Of a DNA stretch of 64,000 bases, positions 55,722-64,000 are shown piece after piece. The stretch's first letter is position 1. Every line of letters begins with the position of its first letter. The stretch is from an uncultured Methanomicrobiales archaeon (GTDB lineage: Archaea; Halobacteriota; Methanomicrobia; Methanomicrobiales; Methanospirillaceae). Both the position numbers and the translations under genes were made by a program. The stretch is from assembly GCA_963697895.1 (NCBI GenBank), contig OY969100.1:1152001-1216000 (forward strand), written 5' to 3'. Below the pieces are notes generated by a model that ran no database searches, had not been told where the DNA came from, and saw only the letters and a program-made list of their open reading frames with translations.

Positions 55722-56069
55722 TCAGATCATGAGCAGTCTTTCCTGTAATTTGGCCGCTTTGTCCTTATCATAACCTTTTAATTCATCAATAGCCTCGGTT
55801 GCCACCTGCAACGAATTAATCGTCTTCATATTCGCACGATCCGTTCCCATAGCCCCGATCTGATAGCCGAGGAACGCTCCGACAATGGTGCCGAGGACAC
55901 TGGTAAACAGGCCGACAACCGCGGCGACCTGCTCACCATTGAAACTGGTTCCCAGTTTCAAAAGAACGACAACCACCAGCAATGCAATCGCAAGACCGAC
56001 GATGGTGATTAAAAATGCAAACCAAAGCCGATTTGTTTCTAATTTGTAGTACATCTCATGAATATCCAT
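55722..56069 (-). CDS. hypothetical 2-TM protein
   Basis: Two hydrophobic helices (GTIVGAFLG) and a charged tail; lower GC than its neighbours; G-rich RBS. Confidence 0.65.
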   Translation of the reverse strand: MDIHEMYYKLETNRLWFAFLITIVGLAIALLVVVVLLKLGTSFNGEQVAAVVGLFTSVLGTIVGAFLGYQIGAMGTDRANMKTINSLQVATEAIDELKGYDKDKAAKLQERLLMI

Positions 56070-56364
56070 ATGCTGAATACCCCCCTGATGCGGAATAATT
56101 TATGTATGAACTAAAAAATTTTTTTATTTGAATTTCTCACATTTTTCAACTCTTTGTTCCGTGCTCGGTCTGCAGATATTCCGCTGCGTAATTCCGGCAC
56201 CGATCTCACGACCTATGGTGCAGGTGGGGGGTAGACAATTAAAGCCGGAACGCAACAGACGTGAACAGACAAATATTCTATCGGGACTGAAACAAACCCG
56301 GTTAACGTGTTCCGTCAGGTTCCGGAGCTCAGCTATTTATCGATAACCGTCTTCCAAAGGGAGT

Positions 56365-57174
56365 ATGAGATCCAGTATACCCATTCTCCTCCTCGTCGCA
56401 GTACTGCTTCTGATTATCCCGGCCGGGGCGATGGCACACCCGGTAACCGGGTTCAACCTGTTTTCGGGTGGTCTTACTGCATTACCCGGTGCAGCGGACC
56501 TGAACAGCGTCTTATCTTCCCTGCCCGGCGCTGGTGGCAACCTCACCGGGGATGCCCCGGTTATGACCACACCGTCCGGAAGCCCGGACCCTCTCCTGGA
56601 CGAGCTCCTCCTGGGAAACGAGCGGTTCCGGAACGACGTCTATAATTATAGCATCGAACAGTACCAGGAACTTGCCGCCGCCCAGGAACCCGGGGTACTC
56701 TGGATCGGCTGCTCGGATTCGCGTTCCGATCCCGAACGGATCACGGATGCCGGGCCCGGGGAGATCTTTGTCACCCGCAATGTCGGCAATATCGTCCCGA
56801 ACCATGACTGGAGCCTGGCTGCGGTGGTGGAATATTCCATCAACTACCTCCAGGTCCAGGAGATCATCGTCTGCGGGCATTCGGACTGCGGTGCGATGAA
56901 AGCGCTCGACCAAAACCTCACCGACCCCTACATCCCGCTCTGGCTCAACGATGCCCGGGAAGCACAGACCAGGGTCGACAGCCAGATCCCCGCGCCGGTA
57001 ACCCCGGAGGAGAAGAGTGAGCGGGCCCGCCAGATCGAGCTCGAGAACGTCCGGCTCCAGGTCGAACACCTGATGACCTACCCCTCCGTCAAGGAGGCCG
57101 TCGAAGAGGGCAGGGTCCATGTCCACGGCCTCTACTACGATCTCTCGACCGGCGTCCTCTCCCGGGTGGTCTGA
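56365..57174 (+). CDS. beta-class carbonic anhydrase with N-terminal signal peptide
   Basis: WIGCSDSR, RNVGN and CGHSDCG zinc ligands; MRSSIPILLLVAVLLLIIPAGAMA signal peptide. Confidence 0.92.
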   Translation: MRSSIPILLLVAVLLLIIPAGAMAHPVTGFNLFSGGLTALPGAADLNSVLSSLPGAGGNLTGDAPVMTTPSGSPDPLLDELLLGNERFRNDVYNYSIEQYQELAAAQEPGVLWIGCSDSRSDPERITDAGPGEIFVTRNVGNIVPNHDWSLAAVVEYSINYLQVQEIIVCGHSDCGAMKALDQNLTDPYIPLWLNDAREAQTRVDSQIPAPVTPEEKSERARQIELENVRLQVEHLMTYPSVKEAVEEGRVHVHGLYYDLSTGVLSRVV

Positions 57175-57227
57175 CCCGAAAACTCACTTATTTTTAACGG
57201 ATCATTCTCACGGAATGACCAGTCATC

Positions 57228-58052
57228 TCAATCCCGTTTCCTGATCGCCAGGAGTAATCCAGTCAATGCAAGCGCAGCGATGATCGTGAACGGAAAGATC
57301 GGGGCGCTCGTCGGCGGGGTGACCGGCGTCGTGGTTTGCAGGGTCGTCGTCGTGACCGGCGATGCGATCGGCGGATTGACATGGACGACGAAGTTTGAGA
57401 CTGGCTGAACTCCAACGACAGGGGACGCAATCGGGCAGAGGGCAGCCGGTGCCTGGCCGGCAACGAATTGAACGTAGACACTCGAATTGTCGTTCGCCTG
57501 GTTGTAGGTGAAGTTCTGACCGGGGGTGAGCGAGGTGTTCCAGACCGGACCGCCGACCCTGCTTATGGTGACGATGGTGGAATTCGCGGTGCAGAAGGAA
57601 CCGGTACAGTCCGTGCAGTCCGGGATTGTGTAATAGGTGACCGAATAGTCCGCTATCAGGGGTGCAGGAAGGCTTTCCGGGTCCCCAAAGAGGTCCCGGG
57701 CAAACCAGTTCTCGATGCCCGGCGTGGGGAAGAGCGTGCCTATCCCGATCCACATTCCTCCGGGCCCCCCGATGCTCGTCGCCTCGACCTGGCTCCCGAC
57801 TGTGACCGTGGCAAAGACGTCCGATACCGGGGAAGTCCCGTTCAGGGTCAGCGGGATGATCGGGTCCCAGGTGCAATTGGTGGTATTATTCCCGAATACA
57901 CAGCCGTACTGGTGTGTTGCGTTGATAGTGACCACGTTGTTCGCCGGGTCCAGGGAGGTAACCGTCCCCCGGTAGGTGATCTCCTGCAGTGCCGCGGTTG
58001 CTGGAAATACGAGCAGGGCAATGAGAATACAGAACCCTGCCAATCCCGCCAT
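57228..58052 (-). CDS. cell-surface glycoprotein with Thr-rich linker and C-terminal anchor
   Basis: Signal peptide, several NxT/S sites, Cys pairs, TTTP linker, TM segment and RKRD tail. Confidence 0.8.
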   Translation of the reverse strand: MAGLAGFCILIALLVFPATAALQEITYRGTVTSLDPANNVVTINATHQYGCVFGNNTTNCTWDPIIPLTLNGTSPVSDVFATVTVGSQVEATSIGGPGGMWIGIGTLFPTPGIENWFARDLFGDPESLPAPLIADYSVTYYTIPDCTDCTGSFCTANSTIVTISRVGGPVWNTSLTPGQNFTYNQANDNSSVYVQFVAGQAPAALCPIASPVVGVQPVSNFVVHVNPPIASPVTTTTLQTTTPVTPPTSAPIFPFTIIAALALTGLLLAIRKRD

Positions 58053-58236
58053 TTTCACTCCTTTCATGATGCAAAATCCTCCGTTATTTTTCCATGGCTC
58101 ACCGAAGATTGGAGCCGTAAGTTCCGGGAGGAGGATCGGTGAACAAGATACAAGAGCCTGACGGTCGCCGCTAACGGAACCCTAATCTGCGGTATAGTTT
58201 CTGTCATTACCTCCCGCTTTATCATCTTTGCTGATC

Positions 58237-58273
58237 CATAGTTATGACGGTTCGAAAACGGACTATAACTATG
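58237..58273. promoter_or_regulatory. PadR operator candidate
   Basis: CATAGTTAT-N19-ATAACTATG perfect inverted repeat ending on the padR ATG; inner GTTCG-AAAA-CGGAC. Confidence 0.5.
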
Positions 58274-58753
58274 ACCAGCCTGCTGAAGTTTGGAACACAG
58301 AGCGGTAAAAAGCGAGGATTACTCGTTCTCTTTATCCTCCACTCGCTCTCCCGGGAACCCAAGTCGGGATACGACCTCCGGAAGGAGATCGGGGAAAAGA
58401 CCCATGGGATGTGGGTGCCGAGCAAGGGGACCCTCTACCCGGTGCTCCACCAGCTGGAGGACGAACATCTCATCTCGGTCTCGGACACCGGAAAACGGTC
58501 GCGGATCGTCTTTTGCCTGACCCCGAAGGGGGAGGAGACGCTCGCAACCTTCAAGGAACGGAGCCGGGAGTCGCATAAAAAGATGGCACTCTATAAAAAC
58601 CTGATATTCGACATCTTCGGGGGCGAAAAGATCACCATGAAAGGTCTCCTTTTTGAGATCAGAACAACGGTGGACGAACTGCCTCCCGGCACCGAAGATC
58701 TGGCGGTACCGATCCTGGAAACCTGTCTGAACAATTTGAAAAGGATACCCTGA
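58271..58753 (+). CDS. PadR family transcriptional regulator
   Basis: SGYDLRKEI...PSKGTLYPVLHQLE...LTPKG. Confidence 0.92.
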   Translation: MTSLLKFGTQSGKKRGLLVLFILHSLSREPKSGYDLRKEIGEKTHGMWVPSKGTLYPVLHQLEDEHLISVSDTGKRSRIVFCLTPKGEETLATFKERSRESHKKMALYKNLIFDIFGGEKITMKGLLFEIRTTVDELPPGTEDLAVPILETCLNNLKRIP

Positions 58754-58754
58754 A

Positions 58755-59741
58755 ATGCCTGCGGCAATACACGTCGACCAGCTGACCAGAAATTTCAACG
58801 ATCTGGTCGCGGTCGACCATATCTCATTTGATATCGGGCACGGCGAGATCTTCGGCCTGCTCGGCCCGAACGGGGCCGGCAAGACGACCACCATCTCCAT
58901 GCTCGCCACGATGCTGAAGCCGACCTCGGGTTCGGCGACGGTGAACGGTATGGACATCGAACGCGACGAGGACGGGGTCAGGAAGTCGATCGGGATCGTC
59001 TTCCAGGACCAGAGCCTCGACGAGGAACTGACCGGCTGGGAGAACATGGACTTCCATGGCCGCCTCTACCGGATCCCCGGAGAGACCCGCCGGAAGCGGA
59101 TCGCCGAGCTCCTGGACCTCGTGGGGCTCACGGACCGAAAGGACGACCTGGTCAAGACCTACTCCGGGGGCATGCGGCGCCGGCTCGAGATCGCCCGGGG
59201 ACTTCTCCACCACCCGCAGGTGCTTTTCCTCGACGAACCTACCCTCGGCCTCGATCCCCAGACCCGGAACCTCCTCTGGAGTTACATCGCCACCCTGAAC
59301 AAGGAGAAGGAGATCACGATCATCCTGACCACCCATTACATGGAGGAGGCGGACCGGTTGTGCAACCGGGTGGCGATCATCGACCACGGGAAGATCATCG
59401 CCCTCGACACCCCGCAGAACTTAAAAGACGGGATCGGCGGGGACGTGGTGACGATCCGGTCCCCGCAGGCCGAAGCGATCCCGGAAGCCCTGCACGAACC
59501 ATGGATCAGCCACCTCGAGCGGCACGACGGGGCTGTCACCATCAGCCTGCAGAACGCGGAGCAGCACATCCCCGAGATCGTTACCCGGTTAAACGAGAAA
59601 CAGATCGTGCTCGATTCGATATCCATCCACAAGCCGACGCTGGAAGACGTATTCCTGTACTTTACCGGCAAGACCATCCGCGAAGAGGAGGCCGACGGCA
59701 AGGCAAACTTCCGGATGTACCAGAAGATGATGAGGCGGTGA
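58755..59741 (+). CDS. ABC transporter ATP-binding protein (DrrA type)
   Basis: GPNGAGKTT, YSGGMRRRLEIA, LDEPTLGLD, TTHY, PTLEDVFL. Confidence 0.95.
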   Translation: MPAAIHVDQLTRNFNDLVAVDHISFDIGHGEIFGLLGPNGAGKTTTISMLATMLKPTSGSATVNGMDIERDEDGVRKSIGIVFQDQSLDEELTGWENMDFHGRLYRIPGETRRKRIAELLDLVGLTDRKDDLVKTYSGGMRRRLEIARGLLHHPQVLFLDEPTLGLDPQTRNLLWSYIATLNKEKEITIILTTHYMEEADRLCNRVAIIDHGKIIALDTPQNLKDGIGGDVVTIRSPQAEAIPEALHEPWISHLERHDGAVTISLQNAEQHIPEIVTRLNEKQIVLDSISIHKPTLEDVFLYFTGKTIREEEADGKANFRMYQKMMRR

Positions 59742-59743
59742 CC

Positions 59744-60493
59744 ATGGATATCGTATACACCATCTGGCTCCGGAGCCTCAAACGGTACATCCGTTCCAAG
59801 AGCCGGATCATCGGCAGCGTCGCCATGCCCCTGTTCTTCCTGATCTTCCTCGGGTTCGGGCTGAACTCCGTGGTGCAGATCCCCGGGATGGGCCAGGACT
59901 ATATCCAGTTCCTGATCCCCGGGATCGTCTCCATGAGCGTCCTCTTCACCTCCATCTTCGCCGGGATCCAGATCATCTGGGACAAGCAGTTCGGGTTCCT
60001 GAAGGAGACGCTCGTCGCCCCGGTCTCCCGGCTGGAGATCATGTTCGGCCAGACGCTCGGCGGGGCGACGACGGCCTTCATCCAGGGGGTCATCATCTTA
60101 TTCCTCTCGCTCCTCCTCGGGCTCCACGTCACCGGTGCAGCAGGCTTCCTCATCGCCTTCGGGTTCATGGCCCTGATCGGGATCTCCTTCACCGCCTTCG
60201 GGATCGCGATCGCGTCCCGGATGGAGGATATGCAGGGGTTCCAGCTGATCATGAACTTCGTCGTCTTCCCCATCTTCGGCTTCTCCGGGGCACTCTTCCC
60301 GATCAGCAGCCTCCCCTCGTGGGCCGCCGTGCTCACCCTCTTCGATCCCCTCACGTACGGGGTGGAGGGGATCCGGTATGGCCTGACCGGCGTCTCGCAG
60401 ATAAGCCCGCTGGTGAGCCTCGTGGTCCTCGGCGCCTTCGCCGTGGTGATGACGGTCCTCGGCGGGTACCTCTTCCGGAAGATCAAGTTCTGA
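59744..60493 (+). CDS. ABC-2 permease (DrrB type)
   Basis: FGFLKETLVAPVSR, FSGALFP, PLTYGVE; about six TM segments. Confidence 0.93.
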   Translation: MDIVYTIWLRSLKRYIRSKSRIIGSVAMPLFFLIFLGFGLNSVVQIPGMGQDYIQFLIPGIVSMSVLFTSIFAGIQIIWDKQFGFLKETLVAPVSRLEIMFGQTLGGATTAFIQGVIILFLSLLLGLHVTGAAGFLIAFGFMALIGISFTAFGIAIASRMEDMQGFQLIMNFVVFPIFGFSGALFPISSLPSWAAVLTLFDPLTYGVEGIRYGLTGVSQISPLVSLVVLGAFAVVMTVLGGYLFRKIKF

Positions 60494-60803
60494 AGCGATC
60501 GGAAGGCCGGGGGAAAAGAACCCGTTCTTTTATTTTGATACCCGACGATCAAGAGCAGCGATCGATGGTATTTTTTTGTATTTTACGCTTTATTTATCCG
60601 GTGAACCGTGGATCTGGGTTGGTTACCTGAAATGGGTGAGGAGAATTTTCCGAATCCCCCCGTCCGTCCCGGGACAGCAGATCTTCCTTCGATATGTTCT
60701 TTGGCCCGGGGAGAATCGGTCGATCGGATATCCCGTACCGGCCGGAACGGACCCGTTCGTCACGATGAATATCTATATGTATCTCCCGATATCCTCAGGT
60801 TTT

Positions 60804-61142
60804 ATGGGATACCCCGGAAACTATATGCGCCATATGTATTCTGCAGGCCCGTTCCACAGCGGGGTATGGGTGCTGGTCCTCTGGATCTTCCAGGTGATCA
60901 TCGGGTACTTTGTTTACCGCGATGCAAAGGAGCGAAAGATGAACGCCATCCTCTGGCTCATCCTCGTGATCCTTCCACTGATCGGGTACCTCTTCATGGT
61001 GATCTACCTTGTCATCCGTGAAACGGAGCACCCGCTTCCAAAAGCGGGCGGAGATGCCCGGAAGATCCTCGACGAACGATACGCAAAAGGGGAAATTTCT
61101 AACGATGAATACGAGAAGATGAAGGAAGAACTGGAGAAGTGA
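60804..61142 (+). CDS. 2-TM membrane protein with SHOCT domain
   Basis: ILDERYAKGEISNDEYEKMKEEL; paralog of 3982..4311. Confidence 0.82.
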   Translation: MGYPGNYMRHMYSAGPFHSGVWVLVLWIFQVIIGYFVYRDAKERKMNAILWLILVILPLIGYLFMVIYLVIRETEHPLPKAGGDARKILDERYAKGEISNDEYEKMKEELEK

Positions 61143-61277
61143 GACAAATAAAAAACCGGTTCACAAGGATTCCCCAGGGAATCATTTCAGCCTGTTACGA
61201 AAAGATCGAATACCGGGGCAAAATTCCCTGTTTTCATGCAAAGGTATGTCTCATATGGCCACCTATTAGGGCATACC

Positions 61278-61538
61278 ATGACACGGAGTAATATTCGGCA
61301 TACCCAATGGGAAATTGCCGATTCGCTCGTTTCTTACCTGCAGAACGGCCCCGTGCTCATCGGCCAGGTGGGCGAGATCATCCGGCTCTGCGGAATCCAG
61401 GCAGACGGGAACGCCGTGGGAAAATTTCTCCAGCGGGCGCAATCCATGCAGCATTCACCTTTTCGGATTCAAAGAATGTTTAAGCGGGAAACCGCGGCCC
61501 ACAGCCGCATATACCGGATTGCCCTGAAATTGAATTGA
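61278..61538 (+). CDS. small basic hypothetical protein
   Basis: 86-aa ORF followed by a T-tract; no recognised motif. Confidence 0.4.
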   Translation: MTRSNIRHTQWEIADSLVSYLQNGPVLIGQVGEIIRLCGIQADGNAVGKFLQRAQSMQHSPFRIQRMFKRETAAHSRIYRIALKLN

Positions 61539-61581
61539 ACATTTTTCCCGCTCCACGCTGTAAAAAAAAATATTTCTGTTT

Positions 61582-62166
61582 TCATCCCCGTCCGTAGACT
61601 CCAAGAAGGGTACCGTTCGCGATCACCGCACCCTGGATTGAAGCATCGAACTCCGAACGGTTTGCCGTGCCCGGGATCTCAAGGGTCCGGTCGAGTGCGG
61701 AGACCGTGAACAGGTACCGATGTGTCGTTCCGACCGGCGGGCAGGGTCCGCTGTACCCGGTCCTGCCGAAGGTATTGGTTCCCTGTTCCGTCCCGTCGGG
61801 GAGGACACCCGCATTGGAGATATTTTCGGATAAACCCGGTGTTCCGGGAGGAATATTATAGATGATCCAGTGCGTGAACGGTGATCCCGGTGAGTCCAGG
61901 TCTTCCATCAGGACGGCGATGCTCTTCGTGCCTGCCGGGATGCCGGTCCAGGAGATCGGGAGGGAGACCCCTTCCCCGCTGCATCCGTATCGCGCCGGGA
62001 TCGTCTCACCGCCGATGAACGCTGCAGACGAGACTATAACCCATCGTTCAGTCGCGTTCCCGGCGGATCCCGGGTTCTCCGTCATGCATCCCGATACGAG
62101 GAGAAATCCCGGAATCGCGATCATGAGGAGAATCCAGATTGCGGGAAAGAGATCCTTTCGGCCCAT
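61582..62166 (-). CDS. YbhB/YbcL (PEBP) family lipoprotein
   Basis: VSGC lipobox, EDLDSP, FTHWIIYNIP, YSGPCPP, HRYLF. Confidence 0.92.
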   Translation of the reverse strand: MGRKDLFPAIWILLMIAIPGFLLVSGCMTENPGSAGNATERWVIVSSAAFIGGETIPARYGCSGEGVSLPISWTGIPAGTKSIAVLMEDLDSPGSPFTHWIIYNIPPGTPGLSENISNAGVLPDGTEQGTNTFGRTGYSGPCPPVGTTHRYLFTVSALDRTLEIPGTANRSEFDASIQGAVIANGTLLGVYGRG

Positions 62167-62257
62167 ACGCACCTCTCTAACCCTGAAAACTATAAAGGAT
62201 ACCGCGGCCCGATCGATATCTTTATCCTGCTATCATCCGTCTCTACGGGTATCGGGG

Positions 62258-62941
62258 ATGGGAATGAAAGTACTCGGATTGAATGCGAGCCCGAAGGGAA
62301 AGGAGAGCAGGACCCTGCAGCTCGTAAAAGCGGTGCTCGAGGGAGCCCGGGAAGAGGGTGCACAGGTGGAACTCGTCGATCTCTACGAGCTCGGGATAGA
62401 ATACTGCACCGCATGCGGAGCCTGTTACGCGAGCGGGGACTGCACGCTCGAGGACGATTTCGCGGAGCTCTTCGAGAAGATGATGAATGCCGATGGAATC
62501 GTGCTTGGTTCTCCGAACTATATCGATTCCATCACGGCACCGTTAAAAGCGGTCTTCGACCGGATGGCGGATGCGATCCATTGCCAGATGTTTACCGGGA
62601 AATACGGGTGCTCGGTCTGCACCGCCGGGGGAAGCCACCATGACGAGGTCGTGGAGTACATGAACCATGTCCTGACCACGCTCGGGGCGACGACGGTCGG
62701 GGGAATCGGTGTCGCGGTCGGGAGAGACCCGGCGGCACTCCCGAAGGCGGAATCAGAGGCGGTTGCTCTCGGAAAAAAACTCGCACAGTCGATCCGGGGG
62801 GAGCATAAATACCCGGAACAGGAAGAGATCCACCGGCAGCGGCGGGACTATTTCTGCCAGCTCATCCGGTACAACAAGGCGCAGTGGGCACACGAATACG
62901 ACTGGTGGGTCCAGATGGGATGGATCAAGGAAGGCGAGTGA
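62258..62941 (+). CDS. iron-sulfur flavoprotein / flavodoxin family protein
   Basis: NASPKG, CTACGAC...C, ADGIVLGSPNY, FDRM. Confidence 0.9.
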   Translation: MGMKVLGLNASPKGKESRTLQLVKAVLEGAREEGAQVELVDLYELGIEYCTACGACYASGDCTLEDDFAELFEKMMNADGIVLGSPNYIDSITAPLKAVFDRMADAIHCQMFTGKYGCSVCTAGGSHHDEVVEYMNHVLTTLGATTVGGIGVAVGRDPAALPKAESEAVALGKKLAQSIRGEHKYPEQEEIHRQRRDYFCQLIRYNKAQWAHEYDWWVQMGWIKEGE

Positions 62942-63267
62942 AAGCGGCGGGGGCTGATTTTGACAACCTGCAGGGACTGTTTGAGCTACATGCCGGAGAA
63001 TGCAGACGAAGGGGTGTGCCAGATCAACGGACCGACGTTTCCCGACCGTGAATCCGACCGATGCCCGTCGAGGACATTCCGACCGAAACCGACAGATCGA
63101 AGACCGGGATCATGAAGATAACAGTCCGCCGGGAATGATGAAAAGAGATTGGTGATTCAGAACCGGACAGTACATCTCTTCGTCCCGGCGGCAAAACGGC
63201 CTGAAACAGAAGCCTCCGGATATGTTCAAACGCAAAGCGTATGAAATAGAAGCGCAGATCGTATAAT

Positions 63268-63687
63268 ATGCGAAGAGATCTCCTTATCGTCGCCATCGTG
63301 GTTGTGGCTGTCGCAGTAATCGGGGTGATCCTGCTCTCCCTTTCCGGACCGGTCAATGCTGAAATTGCCTCGGTCGATACGGAAAAAGAACTCTACCATT
63401 CTGACGAGATCATGAATATTACCGTTGAGGTCAGTTCGACCGGAAACCTGGACAACGCGACCCTCATGATCGAGGGTATCCAGGATAAACATGGGAGGAC
63501 CCGCCTCTCCCATGAAATGCAGGTGAACCTCACCCCCGGGGAGAATAATTTCACCTATGACTACCAGCTGCCGGAATGTTCCTCCTGTGCGGGACTGAAT
63601 GCCGGAACCTATCAGGTTAACGTTACCCTGAGCCAGAACGGGACCGTCATTTCCAACGCAACGAAAACCGTGGAAATTCAGCAATAA
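63268..63687 (+). CDS. membrane-anchored hypothetical protein (Ig-like, CxxC)
   Basis: N-terminal TM, TEKELYHSDE, LPECSSCAGL. Confidence 0.7.
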   Translation: MRRDLLIVAIVVVAVAVIGVILLSLSGPVNAEIASVDTEKELYHSDEIMNITVEVSSTGNLDNATLMIEGIQDKHGRTRLSHEMQVNLTPGENNFTYDYQLPECSSCAGLNAGTYQVNVTLSQNGTVISNATKTVEIQQ

Positions 63688-63794
63688 CTTTTTTTGACAG
63701 GACTCGACTGCCCGGACCGGCCGGGGATCGGCCCACAAAGAGGCAGTAAAAACGCTTAAATATATCGGTCGGATAGTGACGGAGGTGTGAACGG

Positions 63795-64000
63795 ATGACG
63801 ATCAGGCTGAAACGGGCGTATGAACCACCGGCAGAAGATGACGGGTACCGCATCCTCGTGGAAAGGCTGTGGCCGCGGGGACTGTCAAAAGAGCGTGCAA
63901 AAATCGATCTCTGGATGAAAGAGGCGGGAGCGAGCCCTGAACTTCGCACCTGGTTTGGGCACGACCCGGAAAAATGGGAGGAGTTTCGCCGGAGATATTT
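63795..64000 (+). CDS. DUF488/YeaO family protein (3' partial)
   Basis: [33 protein letters not shown]...[20 protein letters not shown]; GGAGGT RBS; runs off the window. Confidence 0.9.
   Translation, partial: MTIRLKRAYEPPAEDDGYRILVERLWPRGLSKERAKIDLWMKEAGASPELRTWFGHDPEKWEEFRRRY

Overview
GC-rich archaeal chromosome segment. Gene families and the lipoprotein/S-layer repertoire point to a Methanomicrobiales methanogen (Methanoregulaceae/Methanolinea-like; inferred, not verified). It holds housekeeping and stress genes (fumC, mre11-rad50-nurA-herA, aldehyde dehydrogenase, ABC transporters, bacterial-type lon, ilvB, flavoproteins, beta carbonic anhydrase) and a partly AT-rich accessory region at about 21-38 kb. 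That region has a type I restriction-modification system, a decayed copy of the mre11 5' end and promoter, a Hachiman-like nuclease/helicase pair, and a 4.4 kb AT-rich cassette inserted inside a methyltransferase gene whose two halves rejoin in frame. The cassette is the best candidate for an undescribed system: SPFH/double zinc-ribbon protein, helical partner, 4-TM protein, Zn-ribbon-TPR protein with an amphipathic tail, YidD-like protein and PH-like protein. Other signals: two coupled 17-aa mini-ORFs between rad50 and nurA, a 37-36-37 CRISPR-like repeat pair, an MNT-HEPN pair flanked by a duplicated lon 3' end, and an unlisted 35-aa ORF. More than a dozen single-base frameshifts between about 8.9 and 42 kb, nearly all +1, are probably sequencing errors. 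All family calls come from motif recognition by eye; no database searches were run.
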